Assembly (NCBI GenBank): GCA_965221125.1
Contig: CBDCRW010000004.1
Coordinates: forward strand, 1,056,776 to 1,120,775
DNA from: Alphaproteobacteria bacterium
GTDB taxonomy: Bacteria > Pseudomonadota > Alphaproteobacteria > UBA828
Reading direction: 5' to 3'
Length of the DNA stretch: 64,000 bases
The translations under genes were made by a program, and so were the position numbers. The stretch's first letter is position 1. Each line of letters begins with the position of its first letter. The notes below the pieces were generated by a model. It made no database searches and was not told the origin of the DNA. It was given only the letters and a program-made list of their open reading frames with translations. Of this stretch, positions 10,063 through 18,869 are shown in pieces.

Positions 10063-11137
10063 TCCGGTTTCCTTCCTCGTCTTCATCCTGGTCTCGGTAG
10101 GTCTGTCTCACACGATTTGGCCCTACAGCGCACTGAACCGACTGTTTTGGGGATGCATGCCGGGCGTGGTTCTCCTTTTCATGGTTCACCCGCTCGCATT
10201 GCTGTTCGCGGTGACCTCGTTCGCCGCCTGCGGGAGCTTGTACCTGGTCGGCCGGATCGCCGGAAGCTCCCGCGTCAAGGCCCGCATACCTTACTTGATC
10301 CTGCTGCTCCTTTTCGTGCCCGACGTCACCGGAACCCTCACGACCAATCCGATTCTCTGGCTCGGGAGTGCGTTCTTCATCATCCGCCAGATGATGACTG
10401 TGGCGGCAGCTCTCAAGGAACAGAGAGACATTTCTAATTTCGTTCCCGGACTTCTTCTGGCGACGTTTTTCTTCGCTGCCTTACCGTCCGGTCCCGTGTT
10501 CAACGGCTTGCGCATCTGGAACACGCTGAAGGCCAGGAACAGGCCGAATTATCCCGAGGGTCTGTTCCGACTCTTCGAAGGCTTCGCCTACTTGTTCGCC
10601 TTCGCCGGCATCGCGAGTGTCGCCATCGAACACGCCGGCACCCTCGGCGGTGCCCTGGCCGAAGACGGCAATTGGGCAGCCTCCTGGATCCTGCGCATCC
10701 TGGTCGATCCGCTTCTCGGCTTCGGTTTCCTGTTCTCTACCTTCTACGGTTACTCACGCATGGCTGAGGGCACGGCTCTGCTCTTCGGCTTCGAGGTGCC
10801 GCAGAATTTCAACAAGCCGCACCTGGCCACGGACCTGGCCGACTTCTGGAAGCGCTGGCACCGTTCGATGGCGGAATTCGTCATGCAGTACATCTATTTG
10901 CCTCTACTCGTCTCGACCAGGCATGCCAAGTTCGCACTGATCGCCGCCTTCGTCTTCATGGGCCTGTGGCATGAGTTTACACTCGGCTTCTTGATTTGGG
11001 GTCTTGGCCACGGTCTTGGACTCGCTGTCGTCCTGCCTTGGGCGAGCCGTCGCCGTATCCCGGCAGGGGTAATTCGCGTCTTGTCCCTGGCCTACGTGCT
11101 AGGGCTCTCGGCCGTTGCCCATGGAGTCTGGAAATGA
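10055..11137 (+). CDS. MBOAT family acyltransferase (DltB/AlgI-like)
   Basis: PSGP, YSRMA, PQNFNKP...FWKRWH and GLWHE (catalytic His); many TM segments. Confidence 0.92.
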   Translation: MIDPVSFLVFILVSVGLSHTIWPYSALNRLFWGCMPGVVLLFMVHPLALLFAVTSFAACGSLYLVGRIAGSSRVKARIPYLILLLLFVPDVTGTLTTNPILWLGSAFFIIRQMMTVAAALKEQRDISNFVPGLLLATFFFAALPSGPVFNGLRIWNTLKARNRPNYPEGLFRLFEGFAYLFAFAGIASVAIEHAGTLGGALAEDGNWAASWILRILVDPLLGFGFLFSTFYGYSRMAEGTALLFGFEVPQNFNKPHLATDLADFWKRWHRSMAEFVMQYIYLPLLVSTRHAKFALIAAFVFMGLWHEFTLGFLIWGLGHGLGLAVVLPWASRRRIPAGVIRVLSLAYVLGLSAVAHGVWK

Positions 11138-11250
11138 CGTTTCGTCGCTGGCTACGGCTGGTCTACCTGGCCGTGTGCATCTTGGCAGTGCTGGCGTGGA
11201 TCTGGTTCGGACGGTTCGAGGCAATCGAGGTGCCGTATGTGCAGTTCTGA
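11134..11250 (+). CDS. 38-aa single-TM DltX-like MBOAT partner peptide
   Basis: ATGA overlap with the MBOAT stop. MTFRRWLRLVYLAVCILAVLAWIWFGRFEAIEVPYVQF ends in a YxxF motif like DltX (FIYxxF). Below the ORF-track length cutoff. Confidence 0.8.
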   Translation: MTFRRWLRLVYLAVCILAVLAWIWFGRFEAIEVPYVQF

Positions 11251-11358
11251 TGTCGTACCCCCTCGTTACACTTCGGGACCCTTCCGGTGTCGCACGCGCC
11301 GCAAACGCGGACGTGGTTCCTCCTCGCGCCCGCGCCGACATGCCGGGAACAGTGCCGG

Positions 11359-11445
11359 TCAAGTTGGAAGGCGCATGAGTTGGTCGACCGACAGCACCAA
11401 GATTCCGAACATCAGGTGGCAATGAGCCTTGACATGGCAGCGCGC
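11359..11445 (-). pseudogene. 3'-terminal remnant of a DDE transposase (IS1182/IS5-like)
   Basis: Minus strand reads HVKAHCHLMFGILVLSVDQLMRLPT*, matching a familiar transposase C-terminus (..KVxCHLMFGILxLxxDQLMRL). The rest of the gene is absent. Confidence 0.65.
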
Positions 11446-11463
11446 ATGATCATGGCGGCGAAT

Positions 11464-14400
11464 CTAGTCCGGTGCGTCCATAATCAGCGCCTGAAGTTCG
11501 GCCACAGTGGGGATCTCGTGTTCATGAGCGCGCCGGGTCATGCGCTGGAAGGCCAGCGCTTCCTTCGCCGTATCGGCGTAGCTCGGCGCGTGGTTGTCGA
11601 TCAGGCTCTTCAAGACGTCTTCCGCCTCGGGCTCGGGCCGGCTGGCGATGGCATGGATGGTGCGCTCGATGAACGCGCTCGCGCCCCCGGGATCGTTCCA
11701 GCCGCCGCCGGTGCGGCCACTTCCGGGCCATTGGACCATCCTGGGCCAGCGTGTGCCGAAGACCTCCACGACGAACCGGAGAGTATCGAGCGGCACTTCG
11801 CCGAAGAGGAACGCGCTTCCGATCCGCTCCCGGACGAATGCGATGAAGTCCGGGCTGTTTTCCGCCGCGTCCAGCAATGCGTCCCTGCATCCCTCCAGGT
11901 CGACTACGCAGGCCATCGACAGCCACGACAGCTTCGCGCACTCATCCCGGTGCACCCTGTCACGGCAATCGACGATCAACCGGCGCACCGCGTCGCGCGG
12001 CGCGTCCTCGAGCGCGCAGGTCATCAGTTCCCTCTGCGCCTGCCCGTGCAGTCGGGGATAGGCACGCAGCCATTCGAGCGAGAGGCGGCCGGCCAATTCG
12101 TGGAAGCCGCTCCCGTAGTCTCCGCCGAGGCTGTCGAGCTCACGGACGAACTCTGCATTGCATGCGAGCTGGGGCTCGATGCTCGCCCGGAAATGCCGCT
12201 CCATGTCCTCCACGCCCGTGAATACCATCTCCCTCAGCGCGAATTCGATATCGATCTGTCCGCCGGAGACGCTCATCGGCACACGCCGCCAGGCCATGTA
12301 GGCGGCGTCCAGTGCCGCCCGCCCGATCGTGTCGAGGGGCAGGCCCCGTTGAAGCGCCACGTCGACACCGCAGATCAGCGGCGCCTCCGCCTCGTGCTCG
12401 TTGCCCGCACAGTGGATTTGCGCTATCGCCGAAGCGTGGGGCAGCTCGGTGCGTCCGAGTACGGCGACGAAGCCGTTCAGAACCCGCTCGCAGAGGTCCT
12501 CACCGAGAAAGTCCCGCAGCCGCTCGCGGGGAGCGAGCGAGGGGTCGCCGTTCACGTTTTCGCCGAGCCTGTCGAACCGGCCCAGATAGACGGCGGCAGG
12601 CAGCGCCAGGACCCTGAAGTCCCCGGCCGCAATGCTGTCGGCCTGCCCGGCCAGCGCCGCACGATGCGCTTGCCTGTGGACTTGCACCGCCGTCCCGGCA
12701 CCGGAGCCGCCGTCCCTGTCCCGTGCATTCTGCAGAGCCGCCAGGCTCAGGGCCGGCCCGCCGCTCACCAGCCCGGCATTATGGAGTACCGGGCGGGCAG
12801 CCTCGATGATGCCCCGCCACGTCTCGGGATCGATCGAGCCGTTCTCCGAACGAATGCGAAGCGCCTCTGCCAGTTCATCGTGGTCCGCCGCCGCCGCACC
12901 GATACCGAGGCCTGTCTTCCTGAGTTCCAGGCAGGCCGACCGGACGCTGCCCGGGCGAGGTGTCGTCAGCGCATGCTCCAGAACCGCGGCGCGCAGCGCG
13001 CGTTCGCGGCCGAATATCTCCGCCAGCCGTTCCCGTGGGGCTGCGGCGCCGGCCTCGCCGGTCCAGCGAATCCACGCCCAGACCCGGTCCGCCGCGACGG
13101 CCGGATCGGCTTCCAGCACCCGGGCCGCAAGATGTCTTCCCATATCCGTGAGCGTCTCCCTCTGCCAATCTTCGGCCTCCGCGAGCGCGGCGGGCGCGCC
13201 CTCGGCGATGAAGTCGAGCAACGCGGCCAGTCGGGCCGTGTCGAGAGCGCCGAACGGTTCCCGGCGCGAAGATGCCGCCGCCTGCGGCTCCGTGTCGTCC
13301 TCTCCGCCAGGCTTCGCTTCCATGCGACCGGCGGACGGAGACCACCTTGCAGTTCCATCGTCCAGTTCAAGGCTCCCGAGTATCTCACAGGCCAGCCGTG
13401 CGGAGCCGGCATCGCCCAGGTCGAGAAGCCGAAGCGCCGCGGCTTCGTCATCGGCCGGGGCGTTCGCGTCCAGCGACCAGAACGCAGCGGCGCGCTCCCG
13501 GTAATCGCGGTCTCGATCGAACAGGATGCCCTCCAGCAACCGGCCGTCTTCCCCGGACAGGTCCGTCCCGCCCATCGCTTCGATCAGGAACGCCGAAAGC
13601 TGCGCATGTGGGCCGGGCTCGGCCAGAACCCCGACGATGTCGTCCTTGAGCTCCCGCCTCATCAGTCCCGAGCCCCGGTGAACGCCCCGGTCCTCGGCGT
13701 CGAAGCACGGGTCCTCTCCCGAGCGCTCTTTCAGCGCGGCGAGAAGAGTGCGGGCCCGGTCCGGGGCAAGCGTCTCCATCTCGCCCTCGCGCAGCACCGC
13801 ATGGGGATCCGCCGCGAGGCAGCGGGCGGCCAGGGCCGGGCTGAGGCGCGCAATCCAGGCGTGGAGCCCGCGCAGCGCCGCGGGAACGCTCCCGCCCGAG
13901 TCAAACAGCGAAAGGATGCCGCCGCCGGTGGGACCCTCGGCAACACAACGGGACAGCCATGCGGCCCCGAGAAATTCGGCGATCGCGCGGTGCAGGCAGG
14001 AGAAGCGCCCCTCCCCGTCGGCCTGGAACAGCCGTGTTCCGAGCGCGTCGGCGGCCGCGCCGGCGAAGGGGAGCCCGCGGACATCGGAAACGTTCAGGAA
14101 CCCTGCCGGGGTCTCCGCGACGTTTCCGTCGTGCACGCCCATGAGATCGCACAGAAGCAGCGTCGCGCAGATCGCACCGGAGGCCAGCAGCAGCTCGTCC
14201 CCGTCGCTGCGGACCGCAGGAACGATGCCCGGGCTGGCGTCGTGAGCGAGCATCGCGCGGCACCCCTGGGCGAAGAGCTCGGCGCGGTTCCGGGGAATTC
14301 CGCCCCCGGCCCGCGCGATCTCGCCCAACAGACGCAGGTTCAGCGGATTCATGCAGGCGCGGATCAGCGCCCGGCTCTCCAGCTTCTCCAGGAGAGCGTG

Positions 14401-14892
14401 CACCTCGACGCCGGGAAACTCGCGCTCCAGGAACGCACGGGTTTCAGCGTCGTCGAATGGTATCAGGTAGAACGTCTTGAGTTCGCGGCCATACTCGTTC
14501 TCGATCCTCGCGCGGTCCACGGCTTCGCGCCACTCGGCGCTGCGGCAGGACACCGTGAATTCCGGTTTTCCCGCCCTGACCAGTTGACCCAGCACTGCAT
14601 CGAGAGCGCTGCCCCGGTCGGGCGACGCGATCTCGTCGAGGCCGTCCACATGCACACGTCCGAATTCCGGCAGCAGGGAGCCGGGATCGTCGGCCTTCAG
14701 CAGCCTGGCCGCGTGAATGTATGTCTCGCCATGCTTCTCGCACACTTGGCGCATGAGCGTGGTCTTTCCCATGCCGGCGTCGCCGAGAAGCGCCACCGGA
14801 TCGTACAGGTTGCCGAGCGCGTTCAGGTCGATACCCCTGATCTCGCCATCGCAATCCTCTACGAACACTTTCCTTTCGATCCACATCGTCAT
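11464..14892 (-). CDS. NACHT/STAND NTPase with long helical C-terminal region (candidate defence protein)
   Basis: Walker A LGDAGMGKTT, Walker B VDGLDE, SCR, NPLNL and HRAIAEFL motifs; AAGGAGA RBS before ATG 14892. Confidence 0.8.
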   Translation of the reverse strand: MTMWIERKVFVEDCDGEIRGIDLNALGNLYDPVALLGDAGMGKTTLMRQVCEKHGETYIHAARLLKADDPGSLLPEFGRVHVDGLDEIASPDRGSALDAVLGQLVRAGKPEFTVSCRSAEWREAVDRARIENEYGRELKTFYLIPFDDAETRAFLEREFPGVEVHALLEKLESRALIRACMNPLNLRLLGEIARAGGGIPRNRAELFAQGCRAMLAHDASPGIVPAVRSDGDELLLASGAICATLLLCDLMGVHDGNVAETPAGFLNVSDVRGLPFAGAAADALGTRLFQADGEGRFSCLHRAIAEFLGAAWLSRCVAEGPTGGGILSLFDSGGSVPAALRGLHAWIARLSPALAARCLAADPHAVLREGEMETLAPDRARTLLAALKERSGEDPCFDAEDRGVHRGSGLMRRELKDDIVGVLAEPGPHAQLSAFLIEAMGGTDLSGEDGRLLEGILFDRDRDYRERAAAFWSLDANAPADDEAAALRLLDLGDAGSARLACEILGSLELDDGTARWSPSAGRMEAKPGGEDDTEPQAAASSRREPFGALDTARLAALLDFIAEGAPAALAEAEDWQRETLTDMGRHLAARVLEADPAVAADRVWAWIRWTGEAGAAAPRERLAEIFGRERALRAAVLEHALTTPRPGSVRSACLELRKTGLGIGAAAADHDELAEALRIRSENGSIDPETWRGIIEAARPVLHNAGLVSGGPALSLAALQNARDRDGGSGAGTAVQVHRQAHRAALAGQADSIAAGDFRVLALPAAVYLGRFDRLGENVNGDPSLAPRERLRDFLGEDLCERVLNGFVAVLGRTELPHASAIAQIHCAGNEHEAEAPLICGVDVALQRGLPLDTIGRAALDAAYMAWRRVPMSVSGGQIDIEFALREMVFTGVEDMERHFRASIEPQLACNAEFVRELDSLGGDYGSGFHELAGRLSLEWLRAYPRLHGQAQRELMTCALEDAPRDAVRRLIVDCRDRVHRDECAKLSWLSMACVVDLEGCRDALLDAAENSPDFIAFVRERIGSAFLFGEVPLDTLRFVVEVFGTRWPRMVQWPGSGRTGGGWNDPGGASAFIERTIHAIASRPEPEAEDVLKSLIDNHAPSYADTAKEALAFQRMTRRAHEHEIPTVAELQALIMDAPD

Positions 14893-17567
14893 TGTCTCCT
14901 TCGTTGCGTTCATGTTTCGCGCATCGGGTCCGCGCTGCGCTCCACTTCCAGGCCATCGGGCCGTTGCCCGCGCGCGGGTGCAGGCTGTTCTCTCCTTGCG
15001 GACCGGAGCTTTCGCAGCCGCCGTTGGGCCTGGCGATCCGATCGCCGGCGCCGCTCCCGGGGCATCAGAGCTCTAGCTCCAGTCCGAGTTCCATTTCGAG
15101 GGGCTTGTCCCGCGCAGGCTGCGGGGGCCGGCGATCGCGGGTTTCCCCGTCCTTTCCGCCCCGTTCGGCCGGCGAACGGGACGGCGCGGCGTGCTCGGCT
15201 GCCGGCCTTGCGGCGGCATTGCCGGGCGTTTCGGCGCCCTTCGCCGGCGCGTCCGGCGCGACGGCCTCCAGCGCAGCGATCCGCTCGCCGGTGGTGGTCT
15301 CAAGCTGCTCCCGCAGCCTTGCCGCGTCGTCCGTCACCAGTTCCGCGCGATAGCGGGCCCGGCTGATCTCCACGTAGAAGCTCTTGGCCGTGGTCAGGTG
15401 AGGGTGGCCGGCCTCCATCGCCGCGATCACGCTGTCCACCGTGCGCCCCTGGAACGCGTGCACCGTAGACGCGTGGGCGTGATCGAGGTGGCGCAGCTGC
15501 GGATCGCCGGGGCCCAGCACCAGCGCGCGCCCGTCCTCCAGCCGGAACGAGACGCGGCCGTCCACGACCGAGACCACCTCCGCAGTCCGGCTGTTGACGA
15601 GCCCGAGGTCCCTGTCGTTGCGGGTCCAGCGCACGCGGTCGCCCGCGCGCAGCTCGACCGGTTCGACGCGGTACGCCTCGCTCCCGCCGTGACGGCCTGC
15701 CACGTGGCCGGGCTTCCAGGCGACGGTGCCGCCGTGTGCGTCCGCCAGCACCACGGTGTGGCTGCGGCGGTCCACCTCGAGCACCCTGCGCTCGTCGCCC
15801 TTGCCGACGCCGAGCCGCCTGTAGGGGCGGTGGAAGGCCACGACATCGCCCGGCGCATAGTTGGCGGCGAGCGCCTTCTCGGCCCGCGTGTAGCCTCGGG
15901 AGACCAGCTGCTCGCCCTGGAACGCCGGACCGTGGATCGCGCCCTCTCTCGCGAGCCGCTCCCTGATATGCCCGTTGATGGCGACGCGAAGCTCGTGGCT
16001 CGGCGCCATCACGCCGGTGTTCTCACGCTCGTCGGGCGAGAGCCTGAGCCAGCGGGCGGCGACGGCGCCCGCGATGTTGTCCGCCTTCACCTCCGCCACG
16101 GCCGGCCCCAGCTTCTCGAAGGCCTTGCGGATGTCGCCCGCGACGCTGGCCTCGACCGCCTCCTTCAGCGCAGGTTCGCGCTGGCGCATGATCTCGTCCA
16201 TCACCGCCGTCCGCATGCCCGCCCGCTGCAGCTGGGCGAAGGGCTTGCCGGCATCGACGGCGTCGAGCTGCTTCTCGTCGCCGACCAGTACGACCCTGGG
16301 AATGCGCAGTGTGGCGGCGATCCTGAGCAGGTCGCGCGCCTGCACGGTGGACGCGAGAGAGCCCTCGTCCACCACCAGCACGGTCTTCGAGAAGGCGTCG
16401 CGCATGTGGCGGGCGCCCCGTCGCGTGAGCCTGCCCCCGGCGATGCCCGCGTTGCGGGCGAGAAAGCCCTGCAGGGTCTCGCTCTCAATGCCCGACTCCG
16501 TGGCCAGCGTCTGCACCGCCGAAGCGGACGGCGCGAGGCCGAGCATGCGGTAGCCGCTCTTCTCCGCGAGCGCACGCGCCCGGTTGAGCATGGCGGTCTT
16601 GCCGGTGCCGGCGTAGCCCTGGACGCCCACGACCCGGTCCTTCGACGAGAGGATCGCGGTGACGGCCTGTTTCTGGCCGTCGGTGAGCGGCCCGTTGTTC
16701 AGGTGCTGGTGCACCTTGCGGCGCCGCATCAGAACCTGTCCCCTGTCCCGGCCAGTGCGCATGAGGCCGATGGTCTCCCGCTCGTCGGCGATCGCGGTAT
16801 CGGTGGTCAGGCCCTCGCCACCGGCAAATGCAGGAGCGGCATGCAGGCGACCGTCGCGCTGGAGAGCGTCGATGGCCTGTCCGGCGGCCTCGGCGGAAAC
16901 GGCGCCGGGCTTCCAGGCGAGAGCTGCGGCCAGCAGGTCCGAACGCGCAAACACCGCCTCGCGTTCGCAGACGTGTTCCGTCGCCCAGGACACCGCCTGC
17001 ATTGCCGGGCCGGCGCCGCGTGCCGGATCCCTGGCGGGTCCCCGGTTCGTTTCTCCGGCCCCGGCAACGTTCCGGTCACGGGCGACCTCGGCCTTCGGCA
17101 CCTCCGCATCGACGGCAGGCGAGAGGCGGCGCCGGGCCGCTTCGGCCACCGCATCGGGCGAGAAGCCAAGCGACGCCGCCTGTTCGCGCCAGCTCGCCTG
17201 AAGCGCCTCCCTGTCCACCTCGCGCTTGTGGGCGCGCGTCATCAGCGCCGCGCGCTCGGCCAGCTGCGGATTGCTCGCCGTATCGCCGAGGCCCCGGGCC
17301 TCCATCGCAGCCTCGATCTCCGCACGCCTCGTCGAGAAGGCCTCGACGATCCCGCGGGGCACACCCGCGATCTCGAAGCGCCCGTCGGCGTGCGTCTTCT
17401 CGATGCCGTAGCCGAGAGCCGCCAGCTCCCGTGCCAGCTCGCTCCGGTACACCATGCCGATCAGCTTCTGGCGCCGGTAGAGCGGCTCGTTCGACATCGT
17501 CCGCCATTTTCCGTCGTCGCCCTGCACCATGTTGGCGACCACGGCATGGGTATGGAGCTGGGGGTCG

Positions 17568-17926
17568 GCACCAGGCTTTCAACTGCACGTCGTTCATGCG
17601 TTGAGCAGCAACGCTTTGTGGTGACGCACCCGTTTCATCCTCTTCTCGGACGTGAGTTCGAACTGATCGAGACCACGTCGATGCTTGGGGTGGGGCTGGT
17701 CCATTACACGGCTGACGACGGGACGCTGCGCACGATTCGTCAGGCTTTTACCAGCGTTGCAGCGGTGGATCCGTTTGCGCGGGTAGCGGCGGGCCGGTCG
17801 GCGTTCCGTGTCTCGGATCTGCTGACGTTGTCGGCGTTGCTGGATGGCTTGGGCGGCGGCGAGAGGGTTGGAAAGGAGGCGGCCGGCGGCGCGAGCGGTG
17901 TCAAGGAGATTTTGCCGCATGTGTAA
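17568..17926 (+). CDS. DUF5372/Y4bD-like small protein, lacking an upstream ATG within the element when integrated
   Basis: FVVTHPFHPLLGREF...TSVAAVDPF...GRSAFRVSDLLTL. The frame is open from the element end; an internal GTG at 17618 is a possible start. Confidence 0.7.
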
Positions 17927-18108
17927 GAGCGTTTTTGTCCATACCTGGCGGTCGGAGGTTGTCGTATGGACTGGAAGGGCGGTCATGATCGACCAATATA
18001 CACGGTATTTCGGCCTGTTTTCGTCGATATGGGGCAAGAAAGGGTTTGATGCGATGCCAGGGGTGTGCATAAATATACTTACATTCCTCCGCCGCCGGAG
18101 CCCACGCA

Positions 18109-18570
18109 ATGGCCAGACGCCCCGCCGACGCCAAGACCCGCTCCCTCAAGGAGCACGGCTGCCTCAACCCGAACGCGGAGACGGTGCGCGACGAGCTGTT
18201 CCTGTCCAACGCGTTCTTCGACCCGCGCGACCTGGTCCAGGTCAGGTACGAGATGCTGCGCCGTGTGCGCGAGGACGGCGTGCCGGTGAGCCACGCCGCG
18301 GCCAGCTTCGGCGTCTCGCGGCCCACCTGGTACCAGGCGCAGCGCGCCTACGATGCGGGCGGGCTGCCGGGCCTGCTGCCGGAGAAGCCGGGACCCCGCC
18401 GACGCCACAAGCTCAGCGACGAGGTGGTCGAGGCGCTGCTCGCGGCGAAGAGCGAACAGCCGGAGTTGACCGCCGCCGCGCTGGTCGATCTGGTGCGCGC
18501 GCGCTTTGGCATCACCATCCATCGCCGCAGCATCGGCCGCATGCTCGCGCAGGTAAAAAAAAGCCGATGA
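18109..18570 (+). CDS. Helix-turn-helix protein of the recombinase element
   Basis: FFDPRDLVQVRYEMLR...AASFGVSRPTWYQ...GLLPEKPGP; ends at an A8 run. Confidence 0.85.
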   Translation: MARRPADAKTRSLKEHGCLNPNAETVRDELFLSNAFFDPRDLVQVRYEMLRRVREDGVPVSHAAASFGVSRPTWYQAQRAYDAGGLPGLLPEKPGPRRRHKLSDEVVEALLAAKSEQPELTAAALVDLVRARFGITIHRRSIGRMLAQVKKSR

Positions 18571-18869
18571 AGTGCCGGCCGCCGCTCGCCGGGCTGCTCC
18601 CGCTGGAACATTCCGCCTATGGGGACGGCTACGAGCGGCTGCGCCGTCATGCGGTCGAGCCCGGCACAGAGCACAACCGTCACGGGCTTGCCGTGGTGGC
18701 GTTGCGCGGCGTCGCGGCCTGGCTGCACGCCGTGGCCGAGTTGCCCGCCCCGCCGGCCGCCGTTTGCGCCGGCGCCTCGACCGAGCCGCTGCCCGGCGGG
18801 GTCGAGAAGTCGCTGATCGACATTCTTCTCGCGATGCTCAAGGGCCATATGGAAGGAGAGTTGGCATGA
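18567..18869 (+). CDS. Small hypothetical protein of the recombinase element
   Basis: ATGA overlaps at both ends; YERLR...GLAVVALRGVAAW. Confidence 0.7.
   Translation: MKCRPPLAGLLPLEHSAYGDGYERLRRHAVEPGTEHNRHGLAVVALRGVAAWLHAVAELPAPPAAVCAGASTEPLPGGVEKSLIDILLAMLKGHMEGELA

Noticed and set aside
11287-15366. 1359-aa plus-strand ORF and other long antisense ORFs (e.g. 15191..17926, 24534..27251, 30198..32834)
   Set aside because: These are shadows of recognisable minus-strand genes in GC-rich DNA. Only the last part of 15191..17926 (DUF5372-like) looks real.
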